A stretch of 64,000 bases of DNA from Auanema rhodensis (taxonomy: Eukaryota; Animalia; Nematoda), in contig OZ059897.1 in assembly GCA_964057225.1 (NCBI GenBank), positions 22,630,001-22,694,000 of the forward strand. Reading direction: 5' to 3'. How positions within the stretch are numbered: the first letter of the stretch is position 1; the number at the start of each line of letters is the position of its first letter. This document shows, piece by piece, positions 1-11,616 of this stretch. The notes beneath the pieces were generated by a model that searched no databases, was not told where the DNA came from, and worked only from the letters and a program-made list of their open reading frames with translations. The position numbers and the translations under genes were made by a program.

Positions 1-4
1 AAAG

Positions 5-19
5 TCATGGTTACCATGA
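5..19. other. Palindrome TCATGGT-T-ACCATGA in each monomer (contains BstEII site GGTTACC)
   Basis: TCATGGT (5-11) is the reverse complement of ACCATGA (13-19). It is shortened or broken in the C19, T19, T18, A9, G7 and C8 variants. Confidence 0.9.
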
Positions 20-97
20 ACCAATATCAATAAAAATTTGTTTTTAGACTAATATGGACATGGGGAATCTAATTTTGAAAACCGCATTTCTTTATCT

Positions 98-107
98 TTC
101 ACGTGAA
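98..107. other. Perfect 10-bp palindrome TTCACGTGAA (E-box/G-box core CACGTG) in each monomer
   Basis: Read directly. A second CACGTG lies at 132-137 and a partial TTCACGTA at 163-170. Confidence 0.9.
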
Positions 108-141
108 GCGAGTTACATACCAAGAGCACATCACGTGTACA

Positions 142-161
142 TTTAATTAGCATAAATTAAA
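142..161. other. AT-rich inverted repeat TTTAATT-agcata-AATTAAA in each monomer
   Basis: 7-bp arms at 142-148 and 155-161. The recurrent T154 variant extends the stem to 8 bp, and the T146 variant breaks it. Confidence 0.8.
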
Positions 162-3100
162 GTTCACGTAAATTTCAAAGTCATGGTTACCATGAAGCAA
201 TATCAATAAAAATTTGTTTTTAGACTAATATGGACATGGGGAATCTAATTTTGAAAACCGCATCTCTTTATCTTTCACGTGAAGCGAGTTACATACCAAG
301 TGCACATCACGTGTACATTTAATTAGCATAAATTAAAGTTCACGTAAATTTCAAAGTCATGGTTACCATGAAGCAATATCAATAAAAATTTGTTTTTAGA
401 CTAATATGGACATGGGGAATCTAATTTTGAAAACCGCATCTCTTTATCTTTCACGTGAAGCGAGTTACATACCAAGTGCACATCACGTGTACATTTAATT
501 AGCATAAATTAAAGTTCACGTAAATTTCAAAGTCATGGTTACCATGAAGCAATATCAATAAAAATTTGTTTTTAGACTAATATGGACATGGGGAATCTAA
601 TTTTGAAAACCGCATCTCTTCATCTTTCACGTGAAGCGAGTTACATACCAAGTGCACATCACGTGTACATTTAATTAGCATTAATTAAAGTTCACGTAAA
701 TTTCAAAGTCATGGTTACCATGAACCAATATCAATAAAAATTTGTTTTTAGACTAATATAGACATGGGGAATCTAATTTTGAAAACCGCATCTCTTTATC
801 TTTCACGTGAAGCGAGTTACATACCAAGTGCACATCACGTGTACATTTAATTAGCATAAATTAAAGTTCACGTAAATTTCAAAGTCATGGTTACCATGAA
901 CTAATATCAATAAAAATTTGTTTTTAGACTAATATGGACATGGGGAATCTAATTTTGAAAACCGCATCTCTTTATCTTTCACGTGAAGCGAGTTACATAC
1001 CAAGTGCACATCACGTGTACATTTAATTAGCATAAATTAAAGTTCACGTAAATTTCAAAGTCATGGTTACCATGAACCAATATCAATAAAAATTTGTTTT
1101 TAGACTAATATGGACATGGGGAATCTAATTTTGAAAACCGCATCTCTTTATCTTTCACGTGAAGCGAGTTACATACCAAGTGCACATCACGTGTACATTT
1201 AATCAGCATAAATTAAAGTTCACGTAAATTTCAAAGTCATGGTTACCATGCACAAATATCAATAAAAATTTGTTTTTAGACTAATATGGACATGGGGAAT
1301 CTAATTTTGAAAACCGCATCTCTTTATCTTTCACGTGAAGCGAGTTACATACCAAGTGCACATCACGTGTACATTTAATTAGCATAAATTAAAGTTCACG
1401 TAAATTTCAAAGTCATAGTTACCATGAAGCAATATCAATAAAAATTTGTTTTTAGACTATTATGGACATGGGGAATCTAATTTTGAAAACCGCATCTCTT
1501 TATCTTTCACGTGAAGCGAGTTACATACCAAGTGCACATCACGTGTACATTTATTTAGCATAAATTAAAGTTCACGTAAATTTCAAAGTCATGGTTACCA
1601 TGAACCAATATCAATAAAAATTTGTTTTTAGACTAATATGGATATGGGGAATCTAATTTTGAAAACCGCATTTCTTTATCTTTCACGTGAAGCGAGTTAC
1701 ATACCAAGAGCACATCACGTGTACATTTAATTAGCATAAATTAAAGTTCACGTAAATTTCAAAGTCATGGTTACCATGAAGCAATATCAATAAAAATTTG
1801 TTTTTAGACTAATATGGACATGGGGAATCTAATTTTGAAAACCGCATCTCTTTATCTTTCACGTGAAGCGAGTTACATACCAAGTGCACATCACGTGTAC
1901 ATTTATTTAGCATAAATTAAAGTTCACGTAAATTTCAAAGTCATGGTTACCATGAACCAATATCAATAAAAATTTGTTTTTAGACTAATATGGACATGGG
2001 GAATCTAATTTTGAAAACCGCATTTCTTTATCTTTCACGTGAAGCGAGTTACATACCAAGAGCACATCACGTGTACATTTAATTAGCATAAATTAAAGTT
2101 CACGTAAATTTCAAAGTCATGGTTACCATGAAGCAATATCAATAAAAATTTGTTTTTAGACTAATATGGACATGGGGAATCTAATTTTGAAAACCGCATC
2201 TCTTTATCTTTCACGTGAAGCGAGTTACATACCAAGTGCACATCACGTGTACATTTAATTAGCATAAATTAAAGTTCACGTAAATTTCAAAGTCATGGTT
2301 ACCATGAAGCAATATCAATAAAAATTTGTTTTTAGACTAATATGGACATGGGGAATCTAATTTTGAAAACCGCATCTCTTTATCTTTCACGTGAAGCGAG
2401 TTACATACCAAGTGCACATCACGTGTACATTTAATTAGCATAAATTAAAGTTCACGTAAATTTCAAAGTCATGGTTACCATGAAGCAATATCAATAAAAA
2501 TTTGTTTTTAGACTAATATGGACATGGGGAATCTAATTTTGAAAACCGCATCTCTTCATCTTTCACGTGAAGCGAGTTACATACCAAGTGCACATCACGT
2601 GTACATTTAATTAGCATTAATTAAAGTTCACGTAAATTTCAAAGTCATGGTTACCATGAACCAATATCAATAAAAATTTGTTTTTAGACTAATATAGACA
2701 TGGGGAATCTAATTTTGAAAACCGCATCTCTTTATCTTTCACGTGAAGCGAGTTACATACCAAGTGCACATCACGTGTACATTTAATTAGCATAAATTAA
2801 AGTTCACGTAAATTTCAAAGTCATGGTTACCATGAACTAATATCAATAAAAATTTGTTTTTAGACTAATATGGACATGGGGAATCTAATTTTGAAAACCG
2901 CATCTCTTTATCTTTCACGTGAAGCGAGTTACATACCAAGTGCACATCACGTGTACATTTAATTAGCATAAATTAAAGTTCACGTAAATTTCAAAGTCAT
3001 GGTTACCATGAACCAATATCAATAAAAATTTGTTTTTAGACTAATATGGACATGGGGAATCTAATTTTGAAAACCGCATCTCTTTATCTTTCACGTGAAG

Positions 3101-5632
3101 CGAGTTACATACCAAGTGCACATCACGTGTACATTTAATTAGCATAAATTAAAGTTCACGTAAATTTCAAAGTCATGGTTACCATGCACAAATATCAATA
3201 AAAATTTGTTTTTAGACTAATATGGACATGGGGAATCTAATTTTGAAAACCGCATCTCTTTATCTTTCACGTGAAGCGAGTTACATACCAAGTGCACATC
3301 ACGTGTACATTTAATTAGCATAAATTAAAGTTCACGTAAATTTCAAAGTCATAGTTACCATGAAGCAATATCAATAAAAATTTGTTTTTAGACTATTATG
3401 GACATGGGGAATCTAATTTTGAAAACTGCATCTCTTTATCTTTCACGTGAAGCGAGTTACATACCAAGTGCACATCACGTGTACATTTATTTAGCATAAA
3501 TTAAAGTTCACGTAAATTTCAAAGTCATGGTTACCATGAACCAATATCAATAAAAATTTGTTTTTAGACTAATATGGATATGGGGAATCTAATTTTGAAA
3601 ACCGCATTTCTTTATCTTTCACGTGAAGCGAGTTACATACCAAGAGCACATCACGTGTACATTTAATTAGCATAAATTAAAGTTCACGTAAATTTCAAAG
3701 TCATGGTTACCATGAAGCAATATCAATAAAAATTTGTTTTTAGACTAATATGGACATGGGGAATCTAATTTTGAAAACCGCATCTCTTTATCTTTCACGT
3801 GAAGCGAGTTACATACCAAGTGCACATCACGTGTACATTTAATTAGCATAAATTAAAGTTCACGTAAATTTCAAAGTCATGGTTACCATGAAGCAATATC
3901 AATAAAAATTTGTTTTTAGACTAATATGGACATGGGGAATCTAATTTTGAAAACCGCATCTCTTTATCTTTCACGTGAAGCGAGTTACATACCAAGTGCA
4001 CATCACGTGTACATTTAATTAGCATAAATTAAAGTTCACGTAAATTTCAAAGTCATGGTTACCATGAAGCAATATCAATAAAAATTTGTTTTTAGACTAA
4101 TATGGACATGGGGAATCTAATTTTGAAAACCGTATTTCTTTATCTTTCACGTGAAGCGAGTTACATACCAAGAGCACATCACGTGTACATTTAATTAGCA
4201 TAAATTAAAGTTCACGTAAATTTCAAAGTCATGGTTACCATGAAGCAATATCAATAAAAATTTGTTTTTAGACTAATATGGACATGGGGAATCTAATTTT
4301 GAAAACCGCATCTCTTTATCTTTCACGTGAAGCGAGTTACATACCAAGTGCACATCACGTGTACATTTAATTAGCATAAATTAAAGTTCACGTAAATTTC
4401 AAAGTCATGGTTACCATGAAGCAATATCAATAAAAATTTGTTTTTAGACTAATATGGACATGGGGAATCTAATTTTGAAAACCGCATCTCTTCATCTTTC
4501 ACGTGAAGCGAGTTACATACCAAGTGCACATCACGTGTACATTTAATTAGCATTAATTAAAGTTCACGTAAATTTCAAAGTCATGGTTACCATGAACCAA
4601 TATCAATAAAAATTTGTTTTTAGACTAATATAGACATGGGGAATCTAATTTTGAAAACCGCATCTCTTTATCTTTCACGTGAAGCGAGTTACATACCAAG
4701 TGCACATCACGTGTACATTTAATTAGCATAAATTAAAGTTCACGTAAATTTCAAAGTCATGGTTACCATGAACTAATATCAATAAAAATTTGTTTTTAGA
4801 CTAATATGGACATGGGGAATCTAATTTTGAAAACCGCATCTCTTTATCTTTCACGTGAAGCGAGTTACATACCAAGTGCACATCACGTGTACATTTAATT
4901 AGCATAAATTAAAGTTCACGTAAATTTCAAAGTCATGGTTACCATGCACAAATATCAATAAAAATTTGTTTTTAGACTAATATGGACATGGGGAATCTAA
5001 TTTTGAAAACCGCATCTCTTTATCTTTCACGTGAAGCGAGTTACATACCAAGTGCACATCACGTGTACATTTAATTAGCATAAATTAAAGTTCACGTAAA
5101 TTTCAAAGTCATAGTTACCATGAAGCAATATCAATAAAAATTTGTTTTTAGACTATTATGGACATGGGGAATCTAATTTTGAAAACTGCATCTCTTTATC
5201 TTTCACGTGAAGCGAGTTACATACCAAGTGCACATCACGTGTACATTTATTTAGCATAAATTAAAGTTCACGTAAATTTCAAAGTCATGGTTACCATGAA
5301 CCAATATCAATAAAAATTTGTTTTTAGACTAATATGGATATGGGGAATCTAATTTTGAAAACCGCATTTCTTTATCTTTCACGTGAAGCGAGTTACATAC
5401 CAAGAGCACATCACGTGTACATTTAATTAGCATAAATTAAAGTTCACGTAAATTTCAAAGTCATGGTTACCATGAAGCAATATCAATAAAAATTTGTTTT
5501 TAGACTAATATGGACATGGGGAATCTAATTTTGAAAACCGCATCTCTTTATCTTTCACGTGAAGCGAGTTACATACCAAGTGCACATCACGTGTACATTT
5601 AATTAGCATAAATTAAAGTTCACGTAAATTTC

Positions 5633-7744
5633 AAAGTCATGGTTACCATGAACCAATATCAAAAAAAATTTGTTTTTAGACTAATATGGACATGGGGAAT
5701 CTAATTTTGAAAACCGCATCTCTTTATCTTTCACGTGAAGCGAGTTACATACCAAGTGCACATCACGTGTACATTTAATTAGCATAAATTAAAGTTCACG
5801 TAAATTTCAAAGTCATGGTTACCATGAAGCAATATCAATAAAAATTTGTTTTTAGACTAATATGGACATGGGGAATCTAATTTTGAAAACCGCATCTCTT
5901 CATCTTTCACGTGAAGCGAGTTACATACCAAGTGCACATCACGTGTACATTTAATTAGCATAAATTAAAGTTCACGTAAATTTCAAAGTCATGGTTACCA
6001 TGAAGCAATATCAATAAAAATTTGTTTTTAGACTAATATGGACATGGGGAATCTAATTTTGAAAACCGCATCTCTTTATCTTTCACGTGAAGCAAGTTAC
6101 ATACCAAGTGCACATCACGTGTACATTTAATTAGCATAAATTAAAGTTCACGTAAATTTCAAAGTCATGGTTACCATGAAGCAATATCAATAAAAATTTG
6201 TTTTTAGACTAATATGGACATGTGGAATCTAATTTTGAAAACCGCATCTCTTTATCTTTCACGTGAAGCGAGTTACATACCAAGTGCACATCACGTGTAC
6301 ATTTAATTAGCATAAATTAAAGTTCACGTAAATTTCAAAGTCATAGTTACCATGAAGCAATATCAATAAAAATTTGTTTTTAGACTAATATGGACATGGG
6401 GAATCTAATTTTGAAAACCGCATCTCTTTATCTTTCACGTGAAGCGAGTTACATACCAAGTGCACATCACGTGTACATTTATTTAGCATAAATTAAAGTT
6501 CACGTAAATTTCAAAGTCATGGTTACCATGAACCAATATCAATAAAAATTTGTTTTTAGACTAATATGGACATGGGGAATCTAATTTTGAAAACCGTATT
6601 TCTTTATCTTTCACGTGAAGCGAGTTACATACCAAGAGCACATCACGTGTACATTTAATTAGCATAAATTAAAGTTCACGTAAATTTCAAAGTCATGGTT
6701 ACCATGAACTAATATCAAAAAAAATTTGTTTTTAGACTAATATGGACATGGGGAATCTAATTTTGAAAACCGCATCTCTTTATCTTTCACGTGAAGCGAG
6801 TTACATACCAAGTGCACATCACGTGTACATTTAATTAGCATAAATTAAAGTTCACGTAAATTTCAAAGTCATGGTTACCATGAAGCAATATCAATAAAAA
6901 TTTGTTTTTAGACTAATATGGACATGGGGAATCTAATTTTGAAAACCGCATCTCTTCATCTTTCACGTGAAGCGAGTTACATACCAAGTGCACATCACGT
7001 GTACATTTAATTAGCATAAATTAAAGTTCACGTAAATTTCAAAGTCATGGTTACCATGAAGCAATATCAATAAAAATTTGTTTTTAGACTAATATGGACA
7101 TGGGGAATCTAATTTTGAAAACCGCATCTCTTTATCTTTCACGTGAAGCAAGTTACATACCAAGTGCACATCACGTGTACATTTAATTAGCATAAATTAA
7201 AGTTCACGTAAATTTCAAAGTCATGGTTACCATGAAGCAATATCAATAAAAATTTGTTTTTAGACTAATATGGACATGTGGAATCTAATTTTGAAAACCG
7301 CATCTCTTTATCTTTCACGTGAAGCGAGTTACATACCAAGTGCACATCACGTGTACATTTAATTAGCATAAATTAAAGTTCACGTAAATTTCAAAGTCAT
7401 AGTTACCATGAAGCAATATCAATAAAAATTTGTTTTTAGACTAATATGGACATGGGGAATCTAATTTTGAAAACCGCATCTCTTTATCTTTCACGTGAAG
7501 CGAGTTACATACCAAGTGCACATCACGTGTACATTTATTTAGCATAAATTAAAGTTCACGTAAATTTCAAAGTCATGGTTACCATGAACCAATATCAATA
7601 AAAATTTGTTTTTAGACTAATATGGACATGGGGAATCTAATTTTGAAAACCGTATTTCTTTATCTTTCACGTGAAGCGAGTTACATACCAAGAGCACATC
7701 ACGTGTACATTTAATTAGCATAAATTAAAGTTCACGTAAATTTC
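5633..7744 (+). repeat. Local higher-order duplication, 6-mer x2 (1056 bp)
   Basis: The order A31, C93, A110, T63, A9+T146, T85+T88+A125 occurs twice (monomers 33-38 and 39-44). Confidence 0.88.
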
Positions 7745-10700
7745 AAAGTCATGGTTACCATGAAGCAATATCAATAAAAATTTGTTTTTAGACTAATATG
7801 GACATGGGGAATCTAATTTTGAAAACTGCATCTCTTTATCTTTCACGTGAAGCGAGTTACATACCAAGTGCACATCACGTGTACATTTAATTAGCATAAA
7901 TTAAAGTTCACGTAAATTTCAAAGTCATGGTTACCATGAAGCAATATCAATAAAAATTTGTTTTTAGACTAATATGGACATGGGGAATCTAATTTTGAAA
8001 ACCGCATCTCTTTATCTTTCACGTGAAGCGAGTTACATACCAAGTGCACATCACGTGTACATTTAATTAGCATAAATTAAAGTTCACGTAAATTTCAAAG
8101 TCATGGTTACCATGAAGCAATATCAATAAAAATTTGTTTTTAGACTAATATGGACATGGGGAATCTAATTTTGAAAACCGCATCTCTTCATCTTTCAAGT
8201 GAAGCGAGTTACATACCAAGTGCACATCACGTGTACATTTAATTAGCATTAATTAAAGTTCACGTAAATTTCAAAGTCATGGTTACCATGAACCAATATC
8301 ATTAAAAATTTGTTTTTAGACTAATATAGACATGGGGAATCTAATTTTGAAAACCGCATCTCTTTATCTTTCACGTGAAGCGAGTTACATACCAAGTGCA
8401 CATCACGTGTACATTTAATTAGCATAAATTAAAGTTCACGTAAATTTCAAAGTCATGGTTACCATGAACTAATATCAATAAAAATTTGTTTTTAGACTAA
8501 TATGGACATGGGGAATCTAATTTTGAAAACCGCATCTCTTTATCTTTCACGTGAAGCGAGTTACATACCAAGTGCACATCACGTGTACATTTAATTAGCA
8601 TAAATTAAAGTTCACGTAAATTTCAAAGTCATGGTTACCATGAACCAATATCAATAAAAATTTGTTTTTAGACTAATATGGACATGGGGAATCTAATTTT
8701 GAAAACCGCATCTCTTTATCTTCCACGTGAAGCGAGTTACATACCAAGTGCACATCACGTGTACATTTAATTAGCATAAATTAAAGTTCACGTAAATTTC
8801 AAAGTCATGGTTACCATGAACCAATATCAATAAAAATTTGTTTTTAGACTAATATGGACATGGGGAATCTAATTTTGAAAACCGCATCTCTTTATCTTTC
8901 ACGTGAAGCGAGTTACATACCAAGTGCACATCACGTGTACATTTAATTAGCATAAATTAAAGTTCACGTAAATTTCAAAGTCATGGTTACCATGTACCAA
9001 TATCAATAAAAATTTGTTTTTAGACTAATATGGACATGGGGAATCTAATTTTGAAAACCGCATCTCTTTATCTTTCACGTGAAGCGAGTTACATACCAAG
9101 TGCACATCACGTGTACATTTAATTAGCATAAATTAAAGTTCACGTAAATTTCAAAGTCATGGTTACCATGCACCAATATCAATAAAAATTTGTTTTTAGA
9201 CTAATATGGACATGGGGAATCTAATTTTGAAAACCGCATCTCTTTATCTTTCACGTGAAGCGAGTTACATACCAAGTGCACATCACGTGTACATTTAATT
9301 AGCATAAATTAAAGTTCACGTAAATTTCAAAGTCATGGTTACCATGAACGAATATCAATAAAAATTTGTTTTTAGACTAATATGGACATGAGGAATCTAA
9401 TTTTGAAAACCGCATCTCTTCATCTTTCACGTGAAGCGAGTTACATACCAAGTGCACATCACGTGTACATTTAATTAGCATAAATTAAAGTTCACGTAAA
9501 TTTCAAAGTCATGGTTACCATTCACCAATATCAATAAAAATTTGTTTTTAGACTAATATGGACATGGGGAATCTAATTTTGAAAACCGCATCTCTTTATC
9601 TTTCACGTGAAGCGAGTTACATACCAAGTGCACATCACGTGTACATTTAATTAGCATAAATTAAAGTTCACGTAAATTTCAAAGTCATGGTTACCATGAA
9701 GCAATATCAATAAAAATTTGTTTTTAGACTAATATGGACATGGGGAATCTAATTTTGAAAACCGCATCTCTTTATCTTTCACGTGAAGCGAGTTACATAC
9801 CAAGTGCACATCACGTGTACATTTAATTAGCATAAATTAAAGTTCACGTAAATTTCAAAGTCATGGTTACCATGAAGCAATATCAATAAAAATTTGTTTT
9901 TAGACTAATATGGACATGGGGAATCTAATTTTGAAAACCGCATCTCTTTATCTTTCACGTGAAGCGAGTTACATACCAAGTGCACATCACGTGTACATTT
10001 AATTAGCATAAATTAAAGTTCACGTAAATTTCAAAGTCATGGTTACCATGAAGCAATATCAATAAAAATTTGTTTTTAGACTAATATGGACATGGGGAAT
10101 CTAATTTTGAAAACCGCATCTCTTCATCTTTCAAGTGAAGCGAGTTACATACCAAGTGCACATCACGTGTACATTTAATTAGCATTAATTAAAGTTCACG
10201 TAAATTTCAAAGTCATGGTTACCATGAACCAATATCAATAAAAATTTGTTTTTAGACTAATATAGACATGGGGAATCTAATTTTGAAAACCGCATCTCTT
10301 TATCTTTCACGTGAAGCGAGTTACATACCAAGTGCACATCACGTGTACATTTAATTAGCATAAATTAAAGTTCACGTAAATTTCAAAGTCATGGTTACCA
10401 TGAACTAATATCAATAAAAATTTGTTTTTAGACTAATATGGACATGGGGAATCTAATTTTGAAAACCGCATCTCTTTATCTTTCACGTGAAGCGAGTTAC
10501 ATACCAAGTGCACATCACGTGTACATTTAATTAGCATAAATTAAAGTTCACGTAAATTTCAAAGTCATGGTTACCATGAACCAATATCAATAAAAATTTG
10601 TTTTTAGACTAATATGGACATGGGGAATCTAATTTTGAAAACCGCATCTCTTTATCTTTCACGTGAAGCGAGTTACATACCAAGTGCACATCACGTGTAC

Positions 10701-11616
10701 ATTTAATTAGCATAAATTAAAGTTCACGTAAATTTCAAAGTCATGGTTACCATGAACCAATATCAATAAAAATTTGTTTTTAGACTAATATGGACATGGG
10801 GAATCTAATTTTGAAAACCGCATCTCTTTATCTTTCACGTGAAGCGAGTTACATACCAAGTGCACATCACGTGTACATTTAATTAGCATAAATTAAAGTT
10901 CACGTAAATTTCAAAGTCATGGTTACCATGTACCAATATCAATAAAAATTTGTTTTTAGACTAATATGGACATGGGGAATCTAATTTTGAAAACCGCATC
11001 TCTTTATCTTTCACGTGAAGCGAGTTACATACCAAGTGCACATCACGTGTACATTTAATTAGCATAAATTAAAGTTCACGTAAATTTCAAAGTCATGGTT
11101 ACCATGCACCAATATCAATAAAAATTTGTTTTTAGACTAATATGGACATGGGGAATCTAATTTTGAAAACCGCATCTCTTTATCTTTCACGTGAAGCGAG
11201 TTACATACCAAGTGCACATCACGTGTACATTTAATTAGCATAAATTAAAGTTCACGTAAATTTCAAAGTCATGGTTACCATGAACGAATATCAATAAAAA
11301 TTTGTTTTTAGACTAATATGGACATGAGGAATCTAATTTTGAAAACCGCATCTCTTCATCTTTCACGTGAAGCGAGTTACATACCAAGTGCACATCACGT
11401 GTACATTTAATTAGCATAAATTAAAGTTCACGTAAATTTCAAAGTCATGGTTACCATTCACCAATATCAATAAAAATTTGTTTTTAGACTAATATGGACA
11501 TGGGGAATCTAATTTTGAAAACCGCATCTCTTTATCTTTCACGTGAAGCGAGTTACATACCAAGTGCACATCACGTGTACATTTAATTAGCATAAATTAA
11601 AGTTCACGTAAATTTC
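7745..11616 (+). repeat. Local higher-order duplication, 11-mer x2 (1936 bp)
   Basis: AAGC, AAGC, [C93+A102+T154], A56, AACT, AACC, AACC, TACC, CACC, [AACG+A63+C93], T18-CACC occurs twice (monomers 45-55 and 56-66). Confidence 0.88.

Larger units (their letters stand above)
1..176 (+). repeat. Representative satellite monomer (176 bp)
   Basis: The next copy starts at 177. This copy carries variants T88 and A125 relative to the consensus. Confidence 0.98.
1..3696 (+). repeat. Local higher-order duplication, period 11 monomers (1936 bp)
   Basis: Monomers 1-10 and 12-21 share the variant order [AACC+T88+A125], AAGC, AAGC, [AAGC+C93+T154], [AACC+A56], AACT, AACC, CACA, [A9+T52+T146], [T59+T88+A125]. 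Confidence 0.85.

Noticed and set aside
18-22. The idea that the order of alleles at the hypervariable site is an information-storing code or a product of programmed diversification
   Set aside because: Allele order co-segregates with linked variants in duplicated blocks and is adequately explained by ordinary duplication, deletion and conversion. No recombinase or reverse transcriptase is encoded in the window.
7-33. Tiny ORF ATGGTTACCATGAACCAATATCAATAA with an overlapping AATAAA polyadenylation-like hexamer (29-34)
   Set aside because: Only eight codons, interrupted by a stop in the common AACT allele. AATAAA is expected by chance in 68% AT DNA.
1-176. Assignment to a known satellite of similar length (Brassica CentBr 176 bp, Arabidopsis CEN178, primate alpha satellite)
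   Set aside because: Only the length is similar. The sequence does not resemble those consensus sequences as I recall them (for example, no HindIII AAGCTT site and no CENP-B box). A database search is needed for naming.
230-322. 30-codon ORF in each monomer (positions 54-146; MDMGNLILKTASLYLSREASYIPSAHHVYI*)
   Set aside because: It is short, resembles no protein I recognise, and has a length expected by chance. The unit length of 176 is not a multiple of 3 and stops prevent any long ORF. Variants show no evident synonymous bias.
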